This document shows, piece by piece, positions 36,479 to 50,184 of a DNA stretch of 64,000 nt (positions are counted from its first letter, which is position 1; the number at the start of each line of letters is the position of its first letter). This DNA is from Squalus acanthias (lineage: Eukaryota). Below the pieces are notes generated by a model. That model made no database searches. It was not told where the DNA came from and saw only the letters and a list, made by a program, of their open reading frames with translations. The position numbers and the translations under genes were made by a program. Location: the NCBI GenBank assembly GCA_030390025.1, contig CM059432.1:133922001-133986000 (forward strand), read 5' to 3'.

Positions 36479-37353
36479 AAAAAATTCAGTTGGTTGCGCC
36501 TTAAGAGGGCGCTAATGGGGCGCAAAGCAACTAGTGCCCGGGCGCGGCGATGTTTGCGCCGCTCGCAAAATTAACTAGACATTTTGCGGTGGCGCTAAAC
36601 ACTACCGCCACAATCTCCTGCGCCGGCAGATCGTGACGTCAGTCGAGTGCGCAACGCCCCGGTAGCGCCCCGGAGCAGATATTGAGTGGCGCGCCCTGCC
36701 TTACCGCCTGCCGCTAGCAACGACAGGTTGAGGGGAGTGTTTTGCAGTCAGGAAGGGACTGGGGAAGCACTATTTAAAGGCGACCGCTTCCTGCCTTTTT
36801 TTGTTGGTGACATTTTTGCACCACGCATTCTGAGCGAGAGAGAGAGAGACTTCTGAGAGATTCAACGCTGTGTGAAGGAGTTTTGGGTACTGAGCAGCAC
36901 TTTGCAGATTCATTTTGATTTGCCCTTCCTTGCATCTATTTAGAAGAGACTGTGGGGGCTGCACTCTGAGCTCTTTCCCTGGGCCTCTCCATTGTTCTTT
37001 CCAGCAGATTTGAGGTACAGGTCTCTCCAGGCCGAGATTCAAGGCTGCAATGAGCAGGATGTGGATGGAGAGCAAGATCAACCCTCCCCTTTAAGAACTG
37101 GCTGGTGCCATTGTGTCTGTGTTCCATTGCTGACTGACATCACATGTGCTTCGCCAGCGCTCTGAGGTAGCGCCTCGCTCCTCGGCCTTTGCGCCTTAAG
37201 ATAGGTGTGAAGCGCCTGATTTAGCGCTCCAATCACCTCCAGGGGCGATAAAAGCCAAGTTTGCAGTCGGAGGCGATAATTAGCGCCAGGCGCTAATCTT
37301 TGCGCCCGGCCGATAATTGTGCCCCAAATGGGGCGATACTGAATTTTTCCCCC
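36479..37353. mobile_element. GC-rich Harbinger-type non-autonomous element
   Basis: Ends AAAAATTCAGT / ACTGAATTTTTCCCCC; GGCGCTAA-rich subterminal repeats; left part similar to 45677. Confidence 0.68.
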
Positions 37354-39832
37354 ATAGAGTCATGACGGCACAGAGCAGGCTATTCAGCCCATCGAGTCCG
37401 TGCCGGCTCTCTGTAGAGCAATCCAGTCTGTCCCATTCCCCCACTCTATCCCCGTAGCCCTGCAAGTTTATTTCCCTCAAGTGCCTATCCAGTCTCCCCT
37501 TGAAAACATTGAGTGCCTCCGCTTCCACCACTTCCGTCGGCAGCGAGTTCCAGGTTCTCACCACTCGCTGCGTAAAAAAGTTTTTCCTCACATCCCCCCT
37601 GTACCTCTTGCCCAAAACTTTAAATCTGTGTCCCCTAGTCCTTGTACCATCAACTAGTGGGAACAGCCATTCCCTGTCTAGCCTATCCAAACCCGTCATA
37701 ATCTTGTACACCTCTATTAAATCACCCCTCAACCTCCTTTGCTCTAATGAAAACAAATGCAGCTTCTCCAACCTGTCCTTGTAGCTAAGATTCCCCATCC
37801 CCAGAACCATTCTGGTAAATCTGCTCTACACCCTCTCAAGGGCCTTCACATCCTTCCTAAAGTGTGGTGACCAGAACTGGAGGCAATACTCCAGTTGTGG
37901 CCTAACCAGCACTTTATAAAGGTTCAGCATAACTTCTCTACTTTTGTACTTAATACCTCTATTTATGAAGCCCAAGATCCCATATGCTTTGCTAACCACT
38001 CTCTCAATGGCCCTGAATTTCCGATCGGAGGCTTCCTGCGGGTGGATTGGGAAAAATCTACGTACTTACCTGCTGGCTCCGTAGGTCCAGAGACTTCCGA
38101 TCCTGGGCCTCTGCTCTACAAAATGCGCAGAGGCCCAGGTACCCCAGGGGCGCATGCAGTTCGCAAGCACCCCTGGGAACACGTGGCCATGGGGAACCAA
38201 TCAAAGAAGGGAATCCCCCTTTACACCTTTGACGCATAGATCTGTCAAAAGTATGAATGGGGATCACTTAAAAAACACAGTTAAACATTAAATAATTTTT
38301 TTTTAAAGCGTCACCTATTTAAAATTAGTTAAAATTACATTAAATTAAATATTTTAAAGAAAAATTTAACTTTTTGAAAAAATAATTCAAGTTTTTTATG
38401 GTCTAAAAATAAACTTACCTTTTTTAAAAGAATTTTAAAATTATAAATCAGTGGGAAAAAAAATATTTTTTTATTTTTTTAAACTCTTATGCTGGTAAAA
38501 GCAAGCCTTACGCTTGCTTTTACCAGGCATAAGATTTTTAAAGGTTTTCAGCGGGCGGAGGTTCTGCAGAAAGCGGAACTCTCTGCCCGCGGAGGCCCTT
38601 CTCCAGGGCAGGCGGATGATCTGTCAAGAGGATTCTTGACAGATCGCAAGTGCCGGTTTTCAGCGCATGCGCTTCGCATGCCTGAAACCAGCACTTGCGA
38701 GGTTCCTACAGGTGCGTACACACCTCATACGCACCTGTGGGGGTCGGAATATCCGGCTCAATATGTCCTGCCAACTTCAGCGACTTATGAACATTAACTC
38801 CCGGGTCCCTCAGTCCCTGCACACTCTTTAAAACTGTGCCATTAAGTGTATATTGCCTCTCCCGGTTCCTTCTGCCAAAATGCATCACCTCACACTTCTC
38901 TGTATTAAATTCCATCTGCCAGTTGTCTGCCCATTCTGCTAGCCTTTCTATGTCCTGTTGCAGTCAATTGGTATCATCCTCACTGTTTGCCACACCCCCA
39001 AGTTTGGTGTCATCGACAAATTTAGAAATTCTACTTTGTATTCCAATATCCAGGTCATTTATATATATCAAAAATAGCAGTGGCCCCAACACTGACCCTT
39101 GGGGAACACCACTGTCTACCATCCTCCAGTCTGAAAAACAGCCATTTACCACAACTCGCTGTTTTCTATCCTTAAGCCAATTCCTTATCCAAGCTGCCAC
39201 CGGCCCAACCACTCCATGAGCCTCAATTTTGTTAACCAGCCTTCTATGTGGTACTTTGTCAAATGCCTTCCAAAAATCCATGTGGACAACATCCATTGCA
39301 TTCCCTTCATCAATCCTCCCTGTTACTTCATCAAAAAATTCAATTACATTAGTCAAACACGATCTGCCTTTTACAAATCCGTGTTGGCTCTCCTTAATTA
39401 GCTTAAACCTCTCCAAGTGCCCGTTAATTTTTCCCTTGATTATTGTTTCTAAAACTTTACCCACCACTGATGTTAAACTGACCGTCCTGTAGTTACTAGG
39501 ATTGTCCTTACACTCTTTCTTGAACAATGGTGTCACATATGCCACTTTCCAATCCTCAGGCACCACCCCCGCATCTAGGGAAGATTGGAAAATTATGGCA
39601 AGCCCTTCCACTATCTCCTCCCCCAATTCCCTTAGCAACCTGGGATGCAAGCCATCTGGACCTGGCGACTTATCCACTCTAAGCATACCCAGCCTTTCTA
39701 GTACATCCTGTCTATCAATTTTCACCCCTTCCATTGCTTCTAGCTTTTCCACTGCGACCGATATTTTGTCAGCATCCACCTCCTTAGTAAACACCGATAC
39801 AAAGTACTCATTGAGTATTCTAGCCTTGCCCT
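37354..39832 (-). mobile_element. CR1 LINE, 5'-truncated (RT domain), interrupted by MITE 38009-38759
   Basis: ORFs 38964-39794 ([48 protein letters not shown]), 38706-38915 and 37280-37810. Confidence 0.93.
38009..38759. mobile_element. Hairpin-rich MITE family, copy 3 (divergent subfamily)
   Basis: TIR GGCCCTGAATTTCCG / CGGAATATCCGGCTC; exact AAT duplication of the host CR1 sequence. Confidence 0.87.
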
Positions 39833-40939
39833 GCGACCTTCTGACTCAGAGGCGAGAGTGCTACCAACTGAGCTACGGCTGACACTCCTGTGTTATGGGT
39901 TATAAAAATCTTTGTCACAGTGGAGTAAACTAGGTATTCCACTGTTCCCCGGTGTGTATTTTGTTCATGCAACATTTATTAATTAATTTTGCTTTGCTTT
40001 AAAGAGGCTATTACACTTTCTAAAAGCGTTTAAAAACTCCCCAATTTGTCATCTGAATTCAGAACCTACCTCTCCCCCTCTCCAGAAGTGACTCATCAGT
40101 GACAAACTTCTTGAAAGGAGGATTAACTATTTAACATGCAGAGCCAAATATTTATTATTTCAGCAGGGAGACATATCCGCACGAATTTATATATCTCCGT
40201 GTGTCAACACAAATGCAAGAATATTAAATATCTTTTCAAAACAGTCCTCAGCTGCTATACAGAACGAGGTAACTGAATGTGTGCGGCAGACTGTAAATGT
40301 CGTCCTATTGCCACAAACCAGCTAAATATAGAAAGATTTACAGTAGAAGCCTTTATATTTGGAGAGACAGAGGCCTCGTGAAGAGTGTGCAGCTGCTGAA
40401 AATTGAAGCTGTCATGAGTTGAAGTAGTTCCGGTATTGATGCTATCTCTAGTAAGCTGAATCAATTCTGTATTCTATCTACAGGGAGATAACATTCATTT
40501 ATTCTATGCAGTTATTGGCCACACATTATATACAGATCGGGGATATCCTGTGGAGGCCATGAAATTTGATATTTATTTCCTTGAGTAAGTTATGGTTTTC
40601 TCAGGAGCGATAATAAAGATCCTATTTCACTGCTTCCAGAGTGTATTCCATTTAGACAAATTCTGTGGTCTGACAATTGAGTTTGCTTTTCAAATTCGGG
40701 GTTATTAAAAGCAAGAAGGGAGTGGTTTTTGTCCTCATCTTTATCTGCCTACAGAGGTGACTGGGTACCATCTTGAATATACACTGAACTAGTTATGGGG
40801 TACAAATTGGATCTTGTTGCGCCCGTTTCATGAGTATAAAGTGGGCGCAAGACCCACTTTCGAGGGCCGATGTCCTGTGCTTGAAAAATGTCCAGCCCAA
40901 CATTGGATCAAGCCATTTTTCAGATGTCCCTGGTTCCCT

Positions 40940-42007
40940 ATATAGTAGATAAGGAGAAGCTGTTTCCACTGGCAGGAGGGTAGATAACCAGAGGACATAG
41001 ATTTAAGATAATTGGCAAAAGAACCAAGCGGGAGAGGAGGAGAAACCTTTTGATGCAGCGTGTTGCTATGATGCAAGACATGGACGAAATTCAGGCTTGG
41101 GCTGATATGTGGTAGGTAACATTCACACTACACAAGTGCCAGGCAATGACTATCTCCAACAAGAGAGAGTCTAACCACCACTCCTTGACATTCAACGGCA
41201 TTACCATCACTGAATTTCCCCACCATCAACATCCTGGGGGTCACTATTGACCAGAAACTTAACTGGACCAGCCACATAAATACTGTGGCTGCAAGAGCAG
41301 GTCAGAGGCTGGGTATTCTGTGGTGAGAGACTCATCTCCTGACTCCCCAAAGCCTTTCCACCATCTACAAGGCACAAGTTAGGAGTGTGTTGGAATACGC
41401 TCCACTTGCCTGGATGAGTGCAGCTCCAACAACACTCAAGAAGCTCAACACCATCCAGGACAAAGCAGCCTGCTTGATTGGCATGCCATCTACCACCTTA
41501 AACATTCACTCCCTCCACCACCTGTGCACTGTGGCTGCAGTGTGTACCATCTACATGATGCACTGCAGCAACTCGCCAAGGCTTCTTCGGCAGCACCTCC
41601 CAAACCCGCGACTTCTACTACCTAGAAGGACAAGGGCAGCAGAAGCATGGGAACACCAACACCTGCAAGATCCCCTCCAAATCACGTACCATCCTGATGT
41701 GGAAATATATCGTCGTTCCTTTATCGTCACTGGGTCAAAATCCTGGAACTCCCTCCCTAACAGCACTGTGGGAGTACCTTCACCACACGGACTGCAGCGG
41801 TTCAAGAAAGCAGCTCACCACCACCTTCTCAAGGGCAATTAGGGATGGGCAATAAATGCTGGCCCTGCCAGCGACACCCACATCCCAGGAACGGATAAAA
41901 AAAAGGGGAATGGGACTAATTGTATAGTTCTTTCATAGAGCCGGCACAGGCACGATGGGCCAAATGGCCTCCTTCTGTACTGTAAGATTCAGTGATTCTA
42001 TTCTATG
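40940..42007 (+). mobile_element. CR1 3' fragment interrupted by a LINE fragment
   Basis: 40940-41070 (GTAGATAAGGAGAAGCTGTTTCCACTGG..) and tail 41905-42007 ending ATTCTATTCTATG. Confidence 0.7.
41072..41904 (+). mobile_element. 3' fragment of the 21301 LINE family
   Basis: ORF 41387-41842 nearly identical to 23638-24159; same 3' UTR. Confidence 0.9.
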
Positions 42008-42534
42008 AAGAAGGAGTGACAGAAATAAAAGTGAAGGAGGAGAATGTAAAACAGATATGAAAAAAGATTTACCACTTCCAGTGGTACCTCAGCTATAAGG
42101 GTGGGCTTTTAGAAGCCTGAAGAAGTTTGAAACAGTGACTCAGATATATCTGGTCAATTTAATTGTCAAGAATAACAGTTGTCTTAAGATGTGTGGGTGA
42201 GGGAGGTGTGCGATGCCCCTATTATTATTTGTCGGTGATTGCCATTATGTTTTACATGTTTGCATTTCTCATGAGGAACTTAAACAAGTAGAAAGTTAAT
42301 CTCGATGGAAAAATATAAACATATAAGGGCTGATCTCACAATCACGCACTCACAATGGGGAGCTGCACCCTCAGAGAGCGCAGCTTAGAGAATCGGGCCT
42401 ACAATGTAGTAGCCCTATCTCTGGCTCACTCCCTTCGAACACAGCTTCCCTGCTGGGTTTACACGTTTATGGAATTAATCCTGTAATGTTAAGGATTAAT
42501 TAAAGGTTTTACCATACTATTCCTTCCTTTAGTA

Positions 42535-45452
42535 CATAGAATAGAATCTTACAGCACAGAAGGAGGCCATTTGGCCCGTCATGCCTGTGCCATGTTTTTG
42601 AAAGAGCTGTCCAATTTAGTCTCACATCCCAGCTTTATCCCCATAATCCTGCAAATTAATTCATTTCAAGTACAAGTACAATTGTCCTTTGAAGTTTCCT
42701 GTGGGATCTGATTCCACCACCCTTTCAGGTAGTGCAAATTATTCCTCATAGAATCATAGAAATTTATGGTACAGAGGAAGGCTATTCAGCCAATCGTGTC
42801 TGTGCTGGTCGAAAAAGATCTATCCAGCCTAACCCACTTTCCAGCTCTTGGTCTGTAGCCCTGTAGTTTACGGCACTTAAAGTGCATATCCAAGTACTTT
42901 TTAAATGTGATGAGGGTTTCTGCCTCTACCACCCTTTCAGGCAGTGAGTTCCAGACCCCCACCACCCTCTGGGTGAAAAAAATGTCTCAACTCCCCTCTA
43001 ATCCTTCTACCAATTACTTTAAATCTATGCCCCCTGGTTATTGATCTCTCTGCTAAGAGAAATAGGTCCTTCCTATTCACTCGATCAAGGCCCCTCATAA
43101 TTTTATACATCTCAATTAAGTCTCCATTCAGCCTCTTCCGTTCCAAAGAAAACAACCTCAGCCTATCCAATCTTTCCTCATAGCTAAAATTCTCCAGTCC
43201 TGGCAACATCCTCGTAAATCTCCTCCATACCCTCTCTAATGCAATTACATCTCTCCTGTAATGTGGTGACCAGAACTGTACGCAGTACTCTACCTGTAGC
43301 CTAACTAGTGTTTTATACAGCTCTAGCCTCCCTGCTCTTAAATTCTATGCCTCAGCTAATAAAGGAAAGTATCCCGTATGCCTTCTTAACCACCTTATCT
43401 ATCTGTCCTGCTACCTTCCGGGATCTGTGGACATGCACTCCAAGGTCCCTCTGTTCCTCTACACTTCTCAGTGTCCTACCATTTATTGTGTATTCCTTTG
43501 GCTTGGTAGCCCTCCCCAAATGCATTACCTCACACTTCTCTGGATTGAATTCCATTTGCCACTTTTCTGCCCACCTGACCAGTCCATTGATATCTTCCTG
43601 CAGTCTACAGCTTTCTTCCTCACTATAAACCACACGGCCAATTTTTGTATCATCTGCAAACTTCTCAATCATGCTCCCTACATTGAAGTCTAAATCATTG
43701 CTATATACCACAAAAAGCAAGGGACCTAGAACTGAACCCTGCGGAACCCCACTGGAAACAGCCTTCCGGTCACAAAAACACCCGTCAACCATTAACCTTT
43801 GCTTCCTGCCACTGAGCCAATTTTGAACCCAACTTGCCACTTTCTCTTGGATCCATGGGCTTTTACTTTTCTGACCAGTCTGCCATGTGGAACCTTGTCA
43901 AAGGCCTTGCTAAAATCCATATAGACTACATCAAACGCACTACCCTCATCGACCCTCCTTGTTACCTCCTCAAAAAATCAATCAAGTTAGTCAGACACGA
44001 CCTTCCCTGAACAAATCCATGCTGACTGTCATTGATTAATCTGTGCCTTTCTAAATGACGATTAATACTGTCCCTCAATTACTCGGTCCATCCCTTTTCT
44101 CCCTTTTTCAACAATGGTACAACATTTGCAGTCCTCTGGCACCACACCTGTAACCAGAGAGGATTGGAAAATGATGATCAGAGCCTCTGCTATTTCCTCC
44201 CTTGCTTCTCTTAATAGCCTGGGATACATGTCATCCGGGCTTGACGATTTATCTACTTTCAACCATGCTAAACCCCTTAATATTTCCTCTCTCACTATGT
44301 TTATCTCATCTAATATTTCACACTCCTCCTCCTTAACTACAATGTCTGCATTGTCCCTCTCTTCTGTGAAGACAGATGCAAAGTATTTATTAGCAACTAT
44401 GCCCACGTCGTCCGTCTCCACACACAGTTTACCTTTTTGGTCTCCAATAGGCCCTACTCTTTCCTTAGTTTTTCCTCTTGCTCTTTAGGCATCTATAAAA
44501 CATCTTTGGGTTTTCCTTGATTTTACTTGCCAATATTTTTTCATGCTCTCTCTTTGCTTTCCTAATTTCCCTTTTAATTTCACCCCTGCACTTTCTATAC
44601 TCCTCTAGGCTTTCTGCAGTATTTAGCTCTCGGTATCGTACATAAGCTTCCCATTTTTTGCCTTATCCTACCTTGTATGCCTCTTGATATCTAGGGGGCT
44701 CTAGATTTGGGAGCCCCACCCTTTTTCTTTGTGGGAACATATTTGCTCGAAACCCTCACCATCTCCTCCTTGAATGCCTCCCACTGCTCTGACATTGATT
44801 TACCTTCAAGTAGCTGTTTCCAGTCCACTTTTACTAAATCACATCTCAGCTTAGTAAAATTGGCCTTTCCTCAATTGAGAACTTTGACTCCAGATCTATC
44901 CTTGTCCATTTCCATAACTATGTTAAATCTAACTGATTTATGATCACTACCACCAAAATGCTCTCCCACTGATACCCCTTCCACTTGCCCAGCTTCATTC
45001 CCTAAAACTAAGTCCAGAACTGCCCCCTCTCTTGTTGGGCTTGCTACGTACTGGCTAAAAAAGTTCTCCTGAATGCATTTTAAGAATTCTGCACCCTCTG
45101 TACCTTTTACACTGATTCTATCCCAGTTAATATTAGGGTAGTTGAGATCCCCTACTATTACTACCCTATTGTTTTTGCACTTCTCAGAAATTTGCATACA
45201 TATTTGCTCTTCTATCTCCCTCTGACTATTTGGGGGTCGATAGTACACGCCCAGCAGGGTGACTACCCTTTTCTGTTCTTCAAGTACATGTCTGATTGCC
45301 TTTTAGAAGTTCCTATGCAATCTGATTCCACCATCCTTTCAGGTCATGCACTCCAGATCTTAACAATCCTCTGGGTGAAGAAATGTCTCCTCATTTCCCC
45401 TCTAGTTCTTTTGCCAATTATTTTAAATCTATGACCTCTGGTTACTGACCCA
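42535..45452 (-). mobile_element. Nested CR1 LINEs: long copy 42747-45265 (endonuclease + RT) between short CR1 3' fragments
   Basis: YYRPPNS..IVGDLNYPNINW..LDLVLGN..GSDH (APE); [18 protein letters not shown] (RT); two CATAGAAT tails at 42535 and 42747. Confidence 0.92.
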
Positions 45453-45676
45453 CATAGGCATTGCTTCATACCAAAAGAGTGAATGGTGTGGTCAACCACC
45501 TAATAAATTACAGGGTTAAAGGTGAAAATCCTAACCCAACAGGAGGAGACTTCCCCTTGCATATTACAACAACAACAACTTGCATTTATATAGCACCTTT
45601 AACATAGCTACATTTGTCCAAAGATCAGGACAAAATCCCCCTTCTGAAGTTCTGAAAAGCAGAGAAAAGATAGAAA

Positions 45677-46350
45677 GGCCTGAAAATTCGGTTGCTTTGC
45701 GCCTCCCATTATCGCCCTAAGAGGGCGCAAAGCAACTAGCGCCTGGGCGCGGTGCCGCCAATGCCTCCCGTGAAATTCAATGGGAGGTTAGCGGCAGTGG
45801 TAACCGTTAGCGCCCTGCGGCGATGGCGTGATCGTTGTGAGCAGCGCCCCACTCACGCCCCGGCCACGACCTTCGGTAGCGGCCCGTGACTTACCGCCGG
45901 ACGCTATGTCCGACGGGGCCAGGGGGGCCTACCTGCGGCCGGGGCGGCGCAAATTAAAGGGGAGGTGCCGGGCGGCCATTTTTGTTGCTGGCCGCCTGCC
46001 AGCACCTGCCCCCTCTGCCGTCCCCGGCCTCCTCTGCAGCCCCCCTCGCAGAGTGCCGGCTGTGCTCCATGAGCCCGGCACTTCTCTTGAGTGCCGGGCT
46101 CTTTTGCCGGCACTCCAATCCCTGATGGCCCAGCTGGGCCCCGGGTCGTGCTGCGCTAAGCCCCTCCCCTTTAAGAAGGGGAGGAAGGCCTGCAGTACCG
46201 TGGCGCGACGTGCTGCAGAGCGTGGTGCTGCGGCACGTAGCGCCGCGATATTCACTCACACCGCCCCAAGAGGGAGGTGGGGCGCTACCAGTGAATTTCG
46301 GCCGCGAGGGCGCTAGCGCCCCAAAGGGGACGCAACTCAATTTTTCCCCC
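45677..46350. mobile_element. GC-rich Harbinger-type MITE inserted in a DeuSINE tail
   Basis: TIR GGCCTGAAAATT / AATTTTTCCCCC; AAA TSD; host rejoins as GATAGAAAGACTTACATTTATATAGCGCC. Confidence 0.75.
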
Positions 46351-46857
46351 AAAGACTTACATTTATATAGCGCCTTTTACGACCACCAGATGTCTCAAAG
46401 CGTTTTACAGCCAATGAAGTACTTTGTGGAGTGTAGTCACTGTTGTGATGTGGAACTATACTGGAGGGCAGTGTAACAAACCAAGCAGAGTACCCTCTCT
46501 TACTTCATTGTTTTTGGACTATATAAAAGTGGGATGAAAGGGTGCAGTTAAAATTAAACTGGAACATTTTTACCATGCTATGTGACACTTATATTAGGCT
46601 GAATGCTACTGCTACTATTTTGTTTTGGTAGTTTGTGTTCAATCTGAACTAAATTACATTTTATCCGAAAACAAAGCCTAACGTGGATGACTCGGGGGAG
46701 TGGGACTAGCTGAAGTGCTCTTGCAGAGGGCCGGCACGGGCTCAACGGGCCGAATGGCCTCCTTCCATGCTGTAGCCATTCTAGGATTCTATGATGCTAT
46801 GACTTTACATTGATTGCTGTTTATATATTCTGTGTCCTTTTCTTTCTAGATTTCTTT

Positions 46858-47229
46858 GGGGGTATGATAGTGTATTGGTTATGTGACTGGAGTAGTAATC
46901 CAGCCAACCTAGGATATATATGCAGTCCAAATCCTGTCGTGGCCTTTAGAGAATTCAATTTTTTAAAATGATCAGTAAAAATTAAGTTGTCGGATTGTTG
47001 TAAAAACCCAACTGGTTCACTAAAGTCTGCTAGGGAAGAAAACTGCCCAACCTTACCTGGTTTGGTCTACACGGGACTCGAGTCCCACACCAAAGTGGTT
47101 GACTCTTAACTGCGCTAGTCACCCAGTGGTTTAAGAAAAAGGCCCACCATCACCTTCTCACAGCAATAGGCATGGGCAATAAATGCCAGTCTTGCTAGCA
47201 ATGCCCACAGCTCGAGAATGAATAATAAA
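46858..47229 (+). mobile_element. tRNA-derived SINE sharing head and tail with the 21301 LINE
   Basis: 46858-47113 aligns to 21301-21574; 47124-47229 aligns to 24112-24215. Confidence 0.75.
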
Positions 47230-47557
47230 GTCTTGTTGCAGATACCGTACTGATATGTACATTTTGAAACTCAACTGTTTAGAAGTAATGGGGCAGAAAT
47301 TCGGCTGTTGTCGGGTGAGTACGCACTGTGTACTCACCCGTGGACGGAACGAAAGTGCCGGTTTCTTGCATGCACTGCACATGCGCGGGAAACCGGCACT
47401 TCTGTTCCCCTGAGGAAAGGGGTTCAGAGGTCGAACGCGCACGCCGGAGGGCCAGCGCGTTCGCCTCGCACTTCAGATTTTTTTACAGGTTCCTCCGTGA
47501 AGGTAAGCACGGAGAAGATACACTTTTAAAAAGGAGGTGCAAGGCCTTCTTTAACAA

Positions 47558-47783
47558 TAGAGGTCATGATGTGGAGATGCCGGCGTTGGACTGGGGTGGA
47601 CAAAAATGAGAAGTCGCACAACACCAGGTTATAGTCCAACAGATTTATTTAATTTTACAAGCTTTCGGAGCGGTTCGCTCCTTCCTCAGGTACCCTACCT
47701 GAGGAAGGAGCGAACCGCTCCGAAAGCTTGTAAAATTAAATAAATCTGTTGGACTATAACCTGGTGTTGTGCGACTTCTCATT
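47558..47783. mobile_element. Penelope-like non-autonomous insertion consisting of inverted pLTR ends
   Basis: Perfect 88-bp inverted repeat 47605-47692 / 47696-47783 with CCC loop; duplicated flank TTCTTT(T)AACAA. Confidence 0.85.
47696..47732 (+). ncRNA. Minimal type I hammerhead ribozyme motif (mirror copy on minus strand at 47656-47692)
   Basis: TAC-CTGAGGA-A-GGAGCG(AAC)CGCTCC-GAAA-GCTT-GTA: intact core, 6-bp helix II, palindromic AGCT helix III, TAC/GTA helix I. Confidence 0.78.
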
Positions 47784-49267
47784 CTTTTAACAAGGTAAGT
47801 GTTGATTTTATTAAAATTTAAACATTTTTTTTCACAGATTTATCTTTTTTAATTACTTTAAAGAAAGGTAAGTTTAGTTTTAGCATCGTTAAAAAATGTA
47901 ATTAATTTTTCAAAAGTTTAAAATTTTTGTTTAAAATAGTTAATTAATGTAATTTATAGTTATTTTAAAAATGTGATGTTTTTTTTAATTTATTTGTAGT
48001 TTTAGGGATGTTTTGGGGCTGATCTGTATTCATAGATTTGACAGGTCTTCCTGTCAAATCTATGAATGAAAGATGGTCTGCTGCCATTGGCTCTCCATGG
48101 CCCACGTGATCCCAGGGGACGCATCGCACTAACTACGCCCCTGGGATACACAAGCACTGCGCGCCGGCAGTTGGAGGAGGCCCAGGAGCCGAAGTCCCCG
48201 TGGGCCCAGAGGTCAACGGCAGGCATGGTAGGTAAGTGCGCGCGCGATCCTTGCACCCGCGGGAAGCCAGGGAGCCGAATTTCTGGCTCAATATTCCAGT
48301 CCAGCCACACCCCTCAAATGGGCTTTGTTAATTGGGATGCCCCGATATTAAATAGTGCTGCTGGAAAAGTGGTGGGAGCCTTCAAGGTGCATCACCTGGT
48401 TGACTGGTTCTACTTCCAACTACATTCCCGCCCCAAACATTAATCTAAATTACACCCTTTTGACATATTGCAGGTTGAGAGGTATGAGTGCCATATTTGC
48501 AGTAGGTTGTTTTTATTTGTTTATTTCAGTTCAACACTTGGGATAATTCTAACTCCATTTTAATAGGGATAGCTTCGATTCATATTGTTTTTAGTTACAT
48601 GATCCATTAGTAAAATACTTGGCTAAGGGCTGCCTATCAAAGATTTCAAAATGGTCATCACGACCTGTGTAATGTGAGGTGTTGTTTGTGTGTTTAAAGG
48701 AAAAAATAGCTGTTGTGGTAAAACAGGTTATATTTTCTTCAGATATTAAATGTTCTCCTTAATTATAGTTCTCAGTTTTGGTTTTCTGGGTAAGCAAGGG
48801 CTTTCTGCATTTGTTGTTTACTCACTTTCCCAATATTCTCCATTCCTCTTCTGAAGGTATTGAGCCATGCTGTACGGCTTCACAGGTGCATGAGGTGTCT
48901 GCTGCTCGTGGAACTGATGTGGGCCCTCATCACATGATAACTAAGTCTTTGGCTGGGCTTTAGTATGGCAATTTCCAAACAGCATGAAATATCGAACTTA
49001 CATCCCTAGCTTTAATGATTGCTGTTCCGCAGTGCACAACATAGAGGCCTCCCATGGTTTTTCAGAATGAAAGAAAGAAAGAAAGAAAGGAAGGAAGGAA
49101 GGAAGGAAGAAAGAACTTGCATTGATATAGCACCTTTCACAACCTAAGGACATCCCAAAGCGCTGTAATAATTCATTCAAGTAGCCATTCTTCATACAGC
49201 AGTCAATTCCTGCATGCTGTTTTTGTGGCGCTAAAGTCTGTAAACTGATGGTAATCGTTCCAGCAAT

Positions 49268-49553
49268 GGATTCGGCCCATCGTGCCTGTGCCGGCTCTTT
49301 GGAGGAGCTATCCAATTAGACCCACTCCCCTGCCCTTTCCCCATAGCTCTGCAAATTTTTCCACTTCAAGTATTTATCCAATTCCCTGCTGAAAGTTACT
49401 ATTGAATCTGCCTCCAACATCCTTTCAGGCAGTGCATTCCAGATCATAACAACTCTCTGCCTAAAAGAAATTCACCTCATCTCACCTCTGGTTCTTTTGC
49501 CAATTACCTTAAATCTGTATCCTCTGGTTACCGACCCTTCTGCCACTGGAAAC
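49268..49553 (-). mobile_element. CR1 LINE 3' fragment
   Basis: Matches 35600-35880. Confidence 0.85.
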
Positions 49554-50184
49554 AATCCTATTGATACCAGACTAGCTGCTAGAAGCTGAATGGGAATTCT
49601 TTTCTCTCTTTGTGGATGCATCTAATCTCTGCTCACATCTCTCTCTGACACCCCTGTGGAGAACTCACCATGTGCGGATACAGTTGGGAACAAAACACTC
49701 TTTTCTATTAGGAAAGTGCATGTTGTACCCACTCACGCAGCGATGATGTCATGTCACGAGCTGTCAATCACCCTGTCCCTCTAAGTCACAGTAAATAGAA
49801 GCCTTAGCTGCACCATCTGAATTGCGGATGACTTTTGAGTTTGGATGACATTGGTATGGAAGGGTAGAGAAGCCACAGGAGCAATAAAGAACGTGAGGGG
49901 ATAAGAATGTAAATGCAGCCTCCTCTGGTTAAGATCATCGCTTGGAATTTCTCTGGTGGGAGGTTGGCAGAAACCGCTGGAGAAATGGCATAAATGTCTG
50001 AGCCTTTTGTCTGATCCTGTCTTCGGGGAGAGGGGGGGATGTGGGAGTTCCCACTGATATCCCGCCAAAGTTATGGCATGAGATCGGAAGAACCTGTGGA
50101 AATTCAGGGCCCCGTCGTTTTCCTACTTTAGTAAACGAAAGGTATAGCACAAGCACAATGATACTTGATGCATATAAGCAAATG

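Larger units (their letters stand above)
47290..48289. mobile_element. Hairpin-rich MITE family, copy 4 (inverted; carries a Penelope insertion)
   Basis: TIR GGGGCAGAAATTCGG / CCGAATTTCTGGCTC; AAT TSD; reverse-complement homologue of 20522-21275. Confidence 0.87.

Noticed and set aside
45677..46350. CpG island suggesting a host gene promoter, with several GC-rich ORFs
   Set aside because: Bounded by TIRs and an AAA TSD inside a SINE tail and similar to 36479; the ORFs reflect high GC content
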